Position numbers and translations under genes: made by a program
Notes under the pieces: generated by a model
Told to the model about the DNA's origin: nothing
What the model saw: only the letters and a program-made list of their open reading frames with translations
Database searches by the model: none
Shown: piece after piece, positions 36,445 to 45,815 of the stretch
Numbering within the stretch: position 1 is the first letter of the stretch
How the letters are laid out: every line of letters begins with the position of its first letter
NCBI GenBank assembly: GCA_913050215.1
Contig: CAJXBG010000006.1
Coordinates: forward strand, 7,555-71,554
Reading direction: 5' to 3'
DNA: 64,000 bases
DNA from: an uncultured Gammaproteobacteria bacterium
GTDB taxonomy: Bacteria; Pseudomonadota; Gammaproteobacteria; Pseudomonadales; Azotimanducaceae

Positions 36445-37185
36445 ATGTCAGACGTTGTGAGCTATACCGTGAAAGACGGCATTGCGATTATCCAAATCAC
36501 ACGCGCCGATAAGCTGAATGCCCTTGATGAAGAGGTGATACAGGGTTTGCGATCTGCTTTTATGCAATATGACGCATCTGAAGAACGATGTGCCATTCTG
36601 TGTGCTGAGGGTGACAGGGCTTTCTCCGTGGGCGCCGATATCAAGAATCCGCCGAAAGAGATGTGGCAGGGTGTACCTGGTGTGGGCGTCGTGACTAACA
36701 AGCCAATCATAGCGGTGGTGCAGGGCTATTGCGTGGGCGGCGCCTATATTCTGGTTCAGATGTGCGATCTTGTTGTCGCTGCCGATAACACGATTTTTAA
36801 GTACCCGGAGGCGCAGGTAGGTTTTACTGGTGGACTGATCGCTGGTTGTGCTGCACGCATTCCGCACAAAATAGCGATGGAATTCATGCTGCTGGGTCAG
36901 GACTTGCCGGCTCAACGAGCTTATGAAGTCGGCATGGTCAACAAGGTTGTACCCCTGGGTGAGCAAATGGATGCTGCGATGGAATACGCTAATATTTTGA
37001 AAATAAGCGCGCCGCTCGTGGTTGATACTATCAAGGGTCTAGTCGCGGACACGGTTCCTCGGGGGCCTGCGGAAATTTCTGCGATTGCCCGTGACAAATT
37101 ACTTGCTGTGAAAGATAGTGAAGATGGCGCCGAGGGCAGGCGGGCATTTAAGGAAAAACGCACGCCCGATTTCAGAGGTCGGTGA
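36445..37185 (+). CDS. Enoyl-CoA hydratase/isomerase family protein
   Basis: 246 aa. GDRAFSVGADIK and VQGYCVGGAYILVQMCD are crotonase-fold motifs. Confidence 0.9.
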   Translation: MSDVVSYTVKDGIAIIQITRADKLNALDEEVIQGLRSAFMQYDASEERCAILCAEGDRAFSVGADIKNPPKEMWQGVPGVGVVTNKPIIAVVQGYCVGGAYILVQMCDLVVAADNTIFKYPEAQVGFTGGLIAGCAARIPHKIAMEFMLLGQDLPAQRAYEVGMVNKVVPLGEQMDAAMEYANILKISAPLVVDTIKGLVADTVPRGPAEISAIARDKLLAVKDSEDGAEGRRAFKEKRTPDFRGR

Positions 37186-37243
37186 CCTTGTACCCGGTGT
37201 CGTTGTCGGCGCTTAATCATCCAAAGTTGAAAAGTGAGAGTTA

Positions 37244-37666
37244 ATGAAAGCCAGCATAAAATGGGTTGAAGATGTCATGTTTCTTGCCGAGTCTGAAAGC
37301 GGGCATGTGGTTGCAATCGACGGGCCGCCCTCCTCAGGTGGACGTAATGTCGGTGTGCGACCAATGGAAATGGTACTCATGGGGATGGGCGGCTGTACGA
37401 GTTTTGATGTAATGATGATGCTGAAAAAAGCGCGACAACAGGTCACGGATTGTGTCGCGCAGCTCGATGCCGAACGTTCCGACGAAATACCCAGTGTGTT
37501 TACCAAGATTCATATTCATTTTATCGTTACAGGCAAAGCACTGAAAGAAACTCAGGTAAAGCGCGCAATAAATCTCTCTGCAGACAAATACTGCTCTGCA
37601 TCAATTATGTTGGGCAAAGGTGGGGTCGAGATCACCCACGATTATGAAATTGTTGAAGCAGAGTAA
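37244..37666 (+). CDS. OsmC family peroxiredoxin-like protein
   Basis: 140 aa. GMGGCTSFDV and SADKYCSAS provide the two conserved Cys of OsmC/Ohr. Confidence 0.85.
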   Translation: MKASIKWVEDVMFLAESESGHVVAIDGPPSSGGRNVGVRPMEMVLMGMGGCTSFDVMMMLKKARQQVTDCVAQLDAERSDEIPSVFTKIHIHFIVTGKALKETQVKRAINLSADKYCSASIMLGKGGVEITHDYEIVEAE

Positions 37667-37714
37667 ATGTGCGTTCAGTGAAAAGCACGCCATCTTCCTC
37701 GTGATACGCAATCA

Positions 37715-40285
37715 ATGATCGATCAAGGTCTACCGGTAGCGGAAGTACTGGGCGCGCTTAAAGCGTCGCTTCAATCGAATGACCAAGTTGTGCTTCAGGC
37801 ACCCCCAGGTGCAGGCAAAACGACCCTAGTGCCACTAGCTCTGATGGGCGAGAGTTGGCTTGGTCAGGGCAAGATTCTCATGCTGGAACCGCGCAGAATC
37901 GCAACCCGAGCAGCAGCCCATAGGATGGCCGAACTTTACGGTGAGCAGGTTGGTCGGACGGTTGGCTACGCAATGCGTCTTGAGTCCCGACTGAGTGCGG
38001 CGACAAAAATCCAAGTGATTACCGAAGGTGTTTTGACTCAAATGTTGATGGAAGATCCGACGCTCTCTGGTGTTGGACTCGTCATTTTTGATGAGTTTCA
38101 TGAGCGGTCACTTGATGCTGATCTGGCTTTAAGTCTATGTTTAAAAAGCCGGGAGATATTCCGAGAAGAGCCGCTTAAGTTGCTGGTGATGTCTGCGACC
38201 ATGGATAGCGACCGAGTCGCGGCAGTTATTCAGGCGCCAATCATCTCCAGCGAAGGTAAACAATATCCCGTTGAGCTGATCTACGGCCGGGCGGCCAAAA
38301 TCCGAGAGAAAATAGCAGACCGTATAGTTGAAACAATCAGGCAGGCCGAATCAGAAAATCCGGATAGCAGCATACTTGTTTTTTTGCCCGGCGAAGGGGA
38401 GATAAGACAAACACTGAAAAAACTGTCAGAAGCGGGATTTGCTCATAATGCAAATGTTGAAGTATTACCGTTGTTCGGTTCGCTCAGTCAACAAGCGCAG
38501 CAGTATGCTATTTCACCGGGGCATCGAAAGATTGTGCTAGCAACTAATATCGCTGAGACCAGCCTGACGATTGAAGGTGTTGATGTCGTTGTTGATAGCG
38601 GTCTGGTGCGGGTGCCTGCCTTTGACCCTTCTTCAGGCATGACGCGACTTGTAACTCAACGCATATCAAGCGCTTCAAGTATTCAGCGAGCGGGTCGTGC
38701 TGGCAGACTGAGACCCGGTAAATGTTACCGGCTGTGGTCGGCTTCGCAGCAACAGGAACTTGCAGTTCATGCGAAACCGGAGATAGCTAACGCAGACCTT
38801 GTGCCTCTTGTGCTTCAGCTTTTGCGCTGGGGTATTGGTGAGCCAAACGAGCTAACCTGGATTGATTCTCCCCCATCAGGTCCACTTGCTCAAGCTAGGC
38901 AGATGCTGATTAATCTTGGGGCAGCGACTGGTTCGGTCAGCGGTTCATCGACCGGCAGTTTTGTACTGACAGATCACGGTGAGCAAATGTCTGTGCTTGG
39001 GGTGCATCCCAGATTGGCGCATATGTTGTTGATGGGTTGGCAGTTTGACAGGTTGCAAACGGCGACGTTGATCGCTGCTGTATTGTCTGACCGTGATCCT
39101 TTTGATAATCCGGATATGACAAGTCGGGTAAGTATACTTATCGGGCAGACGCGGTGCCCAAGAGAGCAGGAGGGATGGAAAAGCAGGACGCTGCAACTCG
39201 CTCGACAATACGAGAGTCAAGTGAAGAAAGCAGCGACTAAGCAAGCCATGACCAAGCAAGACATGACCAAGCAAGCCATGGCAGGCGGTATCTCTGCTGA
39301 ACAGACTGTCTCTTTTTTGCTGGCTTGCGCTTTTCCCGATCGCATTGCACGAAAGCGGCATTCCGGTGGCTATCAGCTGGCAAATGGAAGAAGTGCGACG
39401 CTGCCTCGAGGGGCCCAGTTTACCCATGATCAGTGGTTGGCGGTTGCGGAAGTCAGTGGGCTGTCGCGGAGTCAGGGCGATGTAATTCGTTCGGGGGCGG
39501 TGCTTGACCCTGAGTTACTTGAAGGTCCACTGCAACCACTGGTTCAGACAAAAGAAGTCATTGAGTGGAGTAAAAAAGAAAATAGGTTTGTTGCCGAACA
39601 TCGCCGGGTTGTTGGTGAGCTGGTTTTTTCCCGCAGGAAACTCGCGTCTGTCTCTCGCGAGGCGCGTGTGAAGGCCTTGATTGATCATCTTCGAGGTGTT
39701 GGTCTTGAATATTTGCCTTGGAATAAAGATCTGCGAAATTGGCAAGCTCGAGTGCAGCTTGCGGGTACCCATGATGCGACTTTCCCCGCCATCACCGATG
39801 ATGACTTGATCGCAAATCTGGAAGACTGGTTAGCCCCCTTTCTAGACCCAGTGACGAAACCGGAGGATTTTAGGAAGCTAGCGCTTGCGCAAATACTTCA
39901 TGGGTTGCTCACTTGGGAGCAGCAAAAGACCCTCGAACAAGTTGTACCTGAGACAATGACTGTGCCCTCTGGTGCCAGCATTAAGCTAGATTATTTACAA
40001 ACCCCACCTGTCCTGGGGGTAAAGCTTCAGGAGTTATTTGGCATGTCCGACACCCCGCTGTTGCTGAACGGCGAGATGGCTGTGGTTATTCACCTGCTAT
40101 CTCCTGCAGGCAGACCTTTGCAGGTAACGCAGGATCTAGCGCATTTTTGGCGCAATACCTATCAGGATGTCAGGAAAGATATGAGAGGGCGTTATCCTAA
40201 ACACCCGTGGCCAGAAGACCCTTTGACTGCTGTTGCGACCGCGAAGACCAAGCGAGCGCTTGCTGGACAAAAGAAGAAGGAGTAA
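37715..40285 (+). CDS. hrpB: ATP-dependent RNA helicase HrpB
   Basis: 856 aa. APPGAGKTT (motif I), DEFHERS (motif II), SATMD and QRAGRAGR, with the HrpB-specific C-terminal domain ending ...YPKHPWPEDP. Confidence 0.92.
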   Translation: MIDQGLPVAEVLGALKASLQSNDQVVLQAPPGAGKTTLVPLALMGESWLGQGKILMLEPRRIATRAAAHRMAELYGEQVGRTVGYAMRLESRLSAATKIQVITEGVLTQMLMEDPTLSGVGLVIFDEFHERSLDADLALSLCLKSREIFREEPLKLLVMSATMDSDRVAAVIQAPIISSEGKQYPVELIYGRAAKIREKIADRIVETIRQAESENPDSSILVFLPGEGEIRQTLKKLSEAGFAHNANVEVLPLFGSLSQQAQQYAISPGHRKIVLATNIAETSLTIEGVDVVVDSGLVRVPAFDPSSGMTRLVTQRISSASSIQRAGRAGRLRPGKCYRLWSASQQQELAVHAKPEIANADLVPLVLQLLRWGIGEPNELTWIDSPPSGPLAQARQMLINLGAATGSVSGSSTGSFVLTDHGEQMSVLGVHPRLAHMLLMGWQFDRLQTATLIAAVLSDRDPFDNPDMTSRVSILIGQTRCPREQEGWKSRTLQLARQYESQVKKAATKQAMTKQDMTKQAMAGGISAEQTVSFLLACAFPDRIARKRHSGGYQLANGRSATLPRGAQFTHDQWLAVAEVSGLSRSQGDVIRSGAVLDPELLEGPLQPLVQTKEVIEWSKKENRFVAEHRRVVGELVFSRRKLASVSREARVKALIDHLRGVGLEYLPWNKDLRNWQARVQLAGTHDATFPAITDDDLIANLEDWLAPFLDPVTKPEDFRKLALAQILHGLLTWEQQKTLEQVVPETMTVPSGASIKLDYLQTPPVLGVKLQELFGMSDTPLLLNGEMAVVIHLLSPAGRPLQVTQDLAHFWRNTYQDVRKDMRGRYPKHPWPEDPLTAVATAKTKRALAGQKKKE
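39236..39280 (+). repeat. In-frame 3 x 15-nt tandem repeat inside hrpB (TKQAM/TKQDM/TKQAM)
   Basis: actaagcaagccatg / accaagcaagacatg / accaagcaagccatg, read directly. Confidence 0.85.
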
Positions 40286-40541
40286 AAGTTGGTGATGCTA
40301 TGTTTTTAGGCTTCTTTAAGTAAGCTCTCTCCCCGGTAGCGAAATAGCGACATCATGAAAGCTGATCTTGCCTGATCGATGCAGTAAGCTGTCTTAATCC
40401 TGAGTCCTTCACTGACATAGCGCGTCGCCGAAGAAATGTGGCTGTCAGTCTTAAGGGTCAAAGCTTGGCTGAACGACGACCTGTGCGCTGCGAACAGGCT
40501 TTGAATGGGTGATTAGGAAAACTGCTAATGAGTGATATGCC

Positions 40542-41015
40542 ATGAAAGCGCAAGCCTGCCCCTGTGGCAGTAGCCAAAGCTATAGCGCTTGCTGCCGACT
40601 TCTACACCGAGGTGTGAAGAAAGCGCGGAGTGCTGAGCAGCTCATGAGGTCAAGGTATGCAGCTTACGCGCGTTGCGAGTATCAATATCTGGTTGATACG
40701 CATTACCCGGATACTAGGGGGACACTTTCTCTCGACGAGCTTGAAAAGAGTAATCATGAAACAAGCTGGTTGGGGCTTGAAATTTTGACTGCCGAAGATA
40801 AGCAGGTGAGTTTTCGAGCTTACTTTGTCCAGCTATCAGATCAGCGATTGCAATGCCTATGTGAAGCATCGCGGTTTCTGCGAGAAGGTGACGACTGGTT
40901 TTATATTGATGGTCAGCACAGGCCGGAACTCGCTGTTTTGCCTCGGAGAAAAGATCCCTGTTTCTGTGGCAGCGGTAAGAAACTTAAGAATTGTCATGGT
41001 GACCTGATTGATTAA
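40542..41015 (+). CDS. YchJ-family protein with SEC-C motifs
   Basis: 157 aa. N-terminal CPCGSSQSYSACC and C-terminal PCFCGSGKKLKNCHG are SEC-C metal-binding motifs. Confidence 0.85.
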   Translation: MKAQACPCGSSQSYSACCRLLHRGVKKARSAEQLMRSRYAAYARCEYQYLVDTHYPDTRGTLSLDELEKSNHETSWLGLEILTAEDKQVSFRAYFVQLSDQRLQCLCEASRFLREGDDWFYIDGQHRPELAVLPRRKDPCFCGSGKKLKNCHGDLID

Positions 41016-41027
41016 TGCCTAGCTGAG

Positions 41028-41462
41028 CTAAACCTCGTCAGTCGCGTCTGCTGCATCGTAGTCATCAAAGTCATCTGGTTCAATTGCTTCCATCTGCTCG
41101 AGCAGATTTATCGCCAGCCCAACATAGTCAGAGTCTGTGATAATGCCCACCAACTTCTCTCCCTGTAGTACGGGTAGAGAACCAATTTTATGTTTCTGCA
41201 GCATGAGCGCTGCTGCTCTCATATCCGCAGTCTGGGAGATGGTATAAAGGTCCCGTCTCATGACATCTGAAACAAATATGCCTGTTTTATCAGCGGCCAG
41301 AATGTCTCGTTGTGTAATTAGACCAATTAATCTTTTTTCAACATCGATAATAGGAATGTGCCGAACCCGGTGAGTTTTCATGAGCTGTTCCGCCCCTGCC
41401 AGAGTAGCACTCGCCTCTAGCGTGAAGAGGTCGGTTGTCATAATTTCGCGGATACTCAACAT
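41028..41462 (-). CDS. CBS domain pair protein
   Basis: 144 aa. Two CBS repeats are visible (HRVRHIPIID..., HKIGSLPVLQGEKLVGIITDSD), followed by an acidic tail. Confidence 0.85.
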   Translation of the reverse strand: MLSIREIMTTDLFTLEASATLAGAEQLMKTHRVRHIPIIDVEKRLIGLITQRDILAADKTGIFVSDVMRRDLYTISQTADMRAAALMLQKHKIGSLPVLQGEKLVGIITDSDYVGLAINLLEQMEAIEPDDFDDYDAADATDEV

Positions 41463-41501
41463 GCTTTCTGTCTCCTGAATTGATCAAAGCATATCGGGAC
41501 T

Positions 41502-41516
41502 ATTTAATATTTAAAT
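41502..41516. promoter_or_regulatory. AT-rich palindrome ATTTAA-TAT-TTAAAT, candidate TetR operator
   Basis: Read directly, about 95 nt upstream of the GST-SMP30-TetR operon. It contains the 11-mer TTAATATTTAA, which recurs at 45045-45055. Confidence 0.3.
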
Positions 41517-41608
41517 TGATAAGGATCAAGATTCTTGAGAATCATGCAAGTTTGGATACATTGGGTTATTGTCACAAATAGAGTGTCGATTGTTTTGGAG
41601 TAAGACTG

Positions 41609-42205
41609 ATGATGAAGTTGCATATAAGTGGTAATTCCCCCTACGCCAGACGAGTAAGGGTGGCGGTTCGTGCCTGTGGTCTGGAGGACCAGGTAGAGGA
41701 AGTTACGATAAAGGGTTTTGATCATCTACCATCAGAGTCGCCAGGAAATAAAATTCCTGTCCTTGTCGTTGAACCGGGGCTGGCGATTTCCGAGTGTTTA
41801 TTGATAAGTCGATATCTCGATGATCTAGCGGGCGGAAAATTGTCGCCTACAGACCCACGGGCACAGGTTAAACAATTAGAGATTGAATCTGTCGCATCAG
41901 TCCTTATGGATTCACTGTTCGCGCGCTCTATGGAAAAGAATCAGCGTGATGAAGCCAGTCGCTCTGTTGCAGTACTGAAGAAAGAAGCTGATCGCTCGGC
42001 TCGTTGCTACGATAGGTTAAATGAATTACTTGATGGAGCATCGACGGATATCAACTTCGCCTCCATTGCCGTGGTTTCTTGCCTCGGTTACGCAGACTGG
42101 CGAAACCCAGAGGACGACTGGCGTAAAAGTTCTCCGGCACTGGTCGCCTGGTTCGACAAAATGATGGAAATACCTTTATTCGCCGAGACCGCGCCGGTCT
42201 ATTGA
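41609..42205 (+). CDS. Glutathione S-transferase family protein
   Basis: 198 aa. The N-terminal thioredoxin-like part reads KLHISGNSPYARRVRV...KIPVLVV...ISECLLISRYLDD. Confidence 0.8.
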   Translation: MMKLHISGNSPYARRVRVAVRACGLEDQVEEVTIKGFDHLPSESPGNKIPVLVVEPGLAISECLLISRYLDDLAGGKLSPTDPRAQVKQLEIESVASVLMDSLFARSMEKNQRDEASRSVAVLKKEADRSARCYDRLNELLDGASTDINFASIAVVSCLGYADWRNPEDDWRKSSPALVAWFDKMMEIPLFAETAPVY

Positions 42206-42223
42206 CTAGCCGCTGTTGCGAGA

Positions 42224-43117
42224 ATGAACAAAATGATCTCGATCGAACGAGTAACGCACGTAACCAACGACCTAGGAGAAGGTCCCGTTTGGGATGCTGA
42301 AAAAAGCGCATTGTGGTGGGTCGATTCCTATGCAGGCAAGATTTTTCGGCTGGAAGATCCAATGAAAGTTGACGGCCAGAAGCCAGAGGTGTGGTCAATG
42401 CCCTCCATGATCGGTAGCTTGGCGTTGATTGATGACGACCGAGTGATTGTTGCACTGCAGACGGGAATTTATTTCTTTAATACTAAAACCGGTCAACTTG
42501 ATCTAGTTTCTGATCCGGAGGGCGACCTTCCGGAAACGCGCTTTAACGATGGCAAGACGGACAGAGCAGGGAACTTTCTTGCCGGCTCAATGGGCATTAA
42601 AGTCCGCGACCGTGCGCTGGGTGCGTTGTACCGTGTTAGCCCTGACCTCGGCGTTGAAGTGCTTGAAGACGACGTGATTGTGGCTAATGGTCCTTGCTTT
42701 AGTCCAGCAGGCGACGTGTTTTATTTTAATGATGGTCGGCGTCGAATTCTGGCCTATGATTATCACCCCGATGGACCGCTGACAAATAAGCGAGTGCTGT
42801 TCGAAGGCGAAAAACACCAGACGGGATCAGATGGCGCGACCGTAGATAGCGATGGCAATTTGTGGGTGGCGCTGACGGGTTCTAGTGAAATTGGCATGTT
42901 GTCGCCGGACGGAGAGTTGCTAAAAAGGATTTCAATGCCGGTGAAGCTGCCCAGTTCGGTTATGTTTGGTGGTCGTGACCTCGACGAACTTTATGTCACA
43001 TCGATCAGTAATTCTGGCAACAGAGTCTCAAATGAAGCTGGCGCTGGAGGTCTATACAGAATTACTGGTCTGGGCGTGCGGGGTATCGCTGAGACCAGGT
43101 TTGGTTCGAGTATTTAA
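42224..43117 (+). CDS. SMP-30/gluconolactonase/LRE family protein
   Basis: 297 aa. GEGPVWD, RFNDGKTDRAGNF and DGATVDSDGNLWVA are beta-propeller motifs. Confidence 0.9.
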   Translation: MNKMISIERVTHVTNDLGEGPVWDAEKSALWWVDSYAGKIFRLEDPMKVDGQKPEVWSMPSMIGSLALIDDDRVIVALQTGIYFFNTKTGQLDLVSDPEGDLPETRFNDGKTDRAGNFLAGSMGIKVRDRALGALYRVSPDLGVEVLEDDVIVANGPCFSPAGDVFYFNDGRRRILAYDYHPDGPLTNKRVLFEGEKHQTGSDGATVDSDGNLWVALTGSSEIGMLSPDGELLKRISMPVKLPSSVMFGGRDLDELYVTSISNSGNRVSNEAGAGGLYRITGLGVRGIAETRFGSSI

Positions 43118-43809
43118 TGAATAAGTCAGAGAGCCCGATTAGCGGGAAACGCCCCGTTGGAAGGCCCAGAGCCGATGGCCGACCGCACCTCTCCAAACAT
43201 GCGGTGTTTAAGACTGCGGCGCAGATGATCGCACGTTTTGGTTATGCCGGCGCTAGCCTGAGAAAGATAGCAGATCAACTTGATGTTTCAGCGCCATCAA
43301 TTTTGAACATGTTTAAAACGAAAGATCAGCTGCTAAATGAACTTATTGTGGCGCTAGCCAGCAGGACATTGTTGTTTCATGAGGCGCTGGAGCAAGAAAA
43401 TTTGGCCCCGGAAGTTGCGCTTTATAAAATGATTTATGAGGAAGTCATCAGTGTCGCCGGGGCGCATGAGCTCACGCGGCTCTTCTACTTGCCGGAGTTG
43501 AGACTGGCGGGTTTCGAAGTAGCGCAGGCGCAAAGAGAGTCAATGATTGCAAATTTCAAACGATGTGTCGTCCAATGTGTCGATTGTCAGGTTTTTCGAG
43601 AAGTAGATAGTATGCTTGCAACGGAACAGATTTTTCAGTTGACGGAAACTAGTATGATAGCGCTGGAACTAGAATCGCTGGGGTCAATCGAGGCTCAAGC
43701 CAGTGCCGCCGCTGACTTAGCCCTGAGGGGGTTCCTTGCCAGACCCAGTCGTCTGGCAGAAATCAGTAAAAAAGCGCGATCCTGTAAAATTGTTCCAAAC
43801 AGAAGTTAA
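43117..43809 (+). CDS. TetR/AcrR family transcriptional regulator
   Basis: 230 aa. The HTH reads FGYAGASLRKIADQLDVSAPSILNMFKTKDQL. The ATG overlaps the upstream stop (TAATG). Confidence 0.9.
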   Translation: MNKSESPISGKRPVGRPRADGRPHLSKHAVFKTAAQMIARFGYAGASLRKIADQLDVSAPSILNMFKTKDQLLNELIVALASRTLLFHEALEQENLAPEVALYKMIYEEVISVAGAHELTRLFYLPELRLAGFEVAQAQRESMIANFKRCVVQCVDCQVFREVDSMLATEQIFQLTETSMIALELESLGSIEAQASAAADLALRGFLARPSRLAEISKKARSCKIVPNRS

Positions 43810-43837
43810 TTGTTAGGTCTTTGTAAGCGTCAACTGA

Positions 43838-44983
43838 CTACGCCAGTTCCATTTTCGACAACCACCACTGATTCATCTGCCAGATGGATTTCTCATAGGT
43901 AGATAATCGGCCCTGAGTCGTCAGTGGTGCATTTAGTCCCCGCCACACGATATCGTTTGCAGCGATGTCTTCAGTATGGATAAAACTCACGATCTCAGCG
44001 GAAGCATCCAGTTGCCGCTGGAGGTCAGGCAAGTCCAGATTTTGTTTGTGAATACAGAGGTGCACCTTCAGCAAAAAGTTGTCGACTGTTCTGGGAATAA
44101 TCTGAAACCAGATGAGCATGTCGCTCTGGACAGCAAAAGTGAGGCAGGGAAAAGCGACATTAGCCCAGAGGGTGCCAAGATCTTCTTCTTTTATTCCAGG
44201 CGTTGGTTTGAGGCTGCCGTGATCGGCGGCGTCTTCTGCTGATTCACCTGTGGGCATTTCCAGAATTGACCATGGCCCATCGTTATCCGGTACCCTAGAC
44301 TGTCGAGAAGGAAAGCCTGGTTGTAGTGTTGTCGAGTGTGTACCGATGTGGTGATAAGCTTCCATGAAGTTTTCAACCAGCACTTTCCAGTTCCAATTGC
44401 TGTCAAATTCCAGCGTACGTTGAATCACATGTTCGGCTATTTGATATTGGGTAAATTGCTCGGTGAGCCCCTTGACCTGCGACGCAAATGGTTTCGCGTT
44501 TGGGTCGAGTGTGGCCATGATGAAGCCTTCCCATATCTCCGATCGAATCTCTGGAAGTTTGCAATCTCGAATATCGAAGTTCTTTGCAGTTTCCATCATG
44601 GGTGCCGCGATTAGTTGACCCTTCGTATCGTAACTCCATGCATGATACGGGCAGGTGAATTTCAACTGTTTACCTTCACCTTCAACAAGCCTTGCAGCGC
44701 GATGTAAACACACGTTCGATAATACTCGAATTTCCTGCTCCGTATCGCGCACGGCGATGATGGGTTGATCAAGCAGGTCTGCTGCTATGAAACTGCCGGC
44801 TTCGGGCAGTTGCTCAATACGTCCAATCGGGAGCCAGGATTTTTTGAATATCTTTTTCTGTTCTGCTCTGTAGATTTCCTCGGACGTGTAAGCAGCAGCG
44901 GGTAATGTGTAGGCCTTATCTAGGGGTGCAGATATTCTTGTGATTTCGTCTTTGGTGAATAGCGGCGATTGTTTTTGACGCAT
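43838..44983 (-). CDS. Rieske (2Fe-2S) aromatic-ring-hydroxylating oxygenase alpha subunit
   Basis: 381 aa. CLHRAARL...CPYHAW is the Rieske CxH...CxxH motif, and the C-terminal catalytic domain has EAYHHIGTH. No beta subunit or reductase gene is adjacent. Confidence 0.9.
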   Translation of the reverse strand: MRQKQSPLFTKDEITRISAPLDKAYTLPAAAYTSEEIYRAEQKKIFKKSWLPIGRIEQLPEAGSFIAADLLDQPIIAVRDTEQEIRVLSNVCLHRAARLVEGEGKQLKFTCPYHAWSYDTKGQLIAAPMMETAKNFDIRDCKLPEIRSEIWEGFIMATLDPNAKPFASQVKGLTEQFTQYQIAEHVIQRTLEFDSNWNWKVLVENFMEAYHHIGTHSTTLQPGFPSRQSRVPDNDGPWSILEMPTGESAEDAADHGSLKPTPGIKEEDLGTLWANVAFPCLTFAVQSDMLIWFQIIPRTVDNFLLKVHLCIHKQNLDLPDLQRQLDASAEIVSFIHTEDIAANDIVWRGLNAPLTTQGRLSTYEKSIWQMNQWWLSKMELA

Positions 44984-45044
44984 GGAATCTTACCGATAAT
45001 TGGCTATGACTCGATAATTTAGAGCATAATTTAGACCGGCACAA

Positions 45045-45066
45045 TTAATATTTAACAACTGTTAAA
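45045..45066. promoter_or_regulatory. TTAATATTTAA 11-mer plus TTTAACA-AC-TGTTAAA palindrome, candidate TetR operator
   Basis: Read directly, 60-85 nt upstream of the Rieske oxygenase start on the minus strand. The 11-mer is identical to the one at 41504-41514. Confidence 0.3.
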
Positions 45067-45348
45067 AATTGGGACGACTCTTATCTTCTTTCATAATTGT
45101 CAAAACGTTCATAGGCCCGAGCCTAAGTTATTGCGAAAATAGTATGCCCGGCATAGCTTTAATTCTGAATGCGGCTTGGGGGTATCATTAAGGCGAGCGG
45201 TATTGATGCGTCGACAGGTGTGAGTCATGGCTATCGATGCTTGGGTACGTTGTCGCCGTTCTGTACAGCCCCGTGATAAATAGGGCAATATGACAATACT
45301 CGAGTCTAAACTCAATTTCATATCCAAGAGAGCCAATAGGAGCCGTAA

Positions 45349-45687
45349 ATGTTAATAGCAATCGTACAAATCCCACTACCAGGTCAAAAGTCAAAAGATC
45401 AGGCAATTATGGGTGGCATGAAGACAACGGACCAGTACCTTGGTATGCCCGGCCTTATACGAAAGGATTATCTCAGCAGCGATGAGGGCGGGGGCGGTGT
45501 GTATCTTTGGGAATCGCGTGAAGCCGCTGAGGCATGGTACAACGACGACTGGTGGGTCATGATGCAGGACCGTTACGGCGTCAAGCCGAGTCTGGTATTG
45601 TATGATCATTATCTGACGGTTGATAACGACCTCGGCGCAGTCACTGTTGATCGCAAGCCTGTTGCCGCCGAGGCCGAGACGGGATAG
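45349..45687 (+). CDS. YdhR-like putative monooxygenase (dimeric alpha-beta barrel)
   Basis: 112 aa. GLIRKDYLSSDEGGGGVYLWESREAAEAWY matches the YdhR family pattern. Confidence 0.7.
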   Translation: MLIAIVQIPLPGQKSKDQAIMGGMKTTDQYLGMPGLIRKDYLSSDEGGGGVYLWESREAAEAWYNDDWWVMMQDRYGVKPSLVLYDHYLTVDNDLGAVTVDRKPVAAEAETG

Positions 45688-45815
45688 TGACATATACAGC
45701 ATGGAGGTATTCCTGTCCGGTTTTCTTGCCCGTTTATCGCTGACTGCTGTTTGACAGCGACGGGATTTTCCTTTGTACGCGTAGAATTTAGCATCTGCAG
45801 AGATATGGCCTCGTT

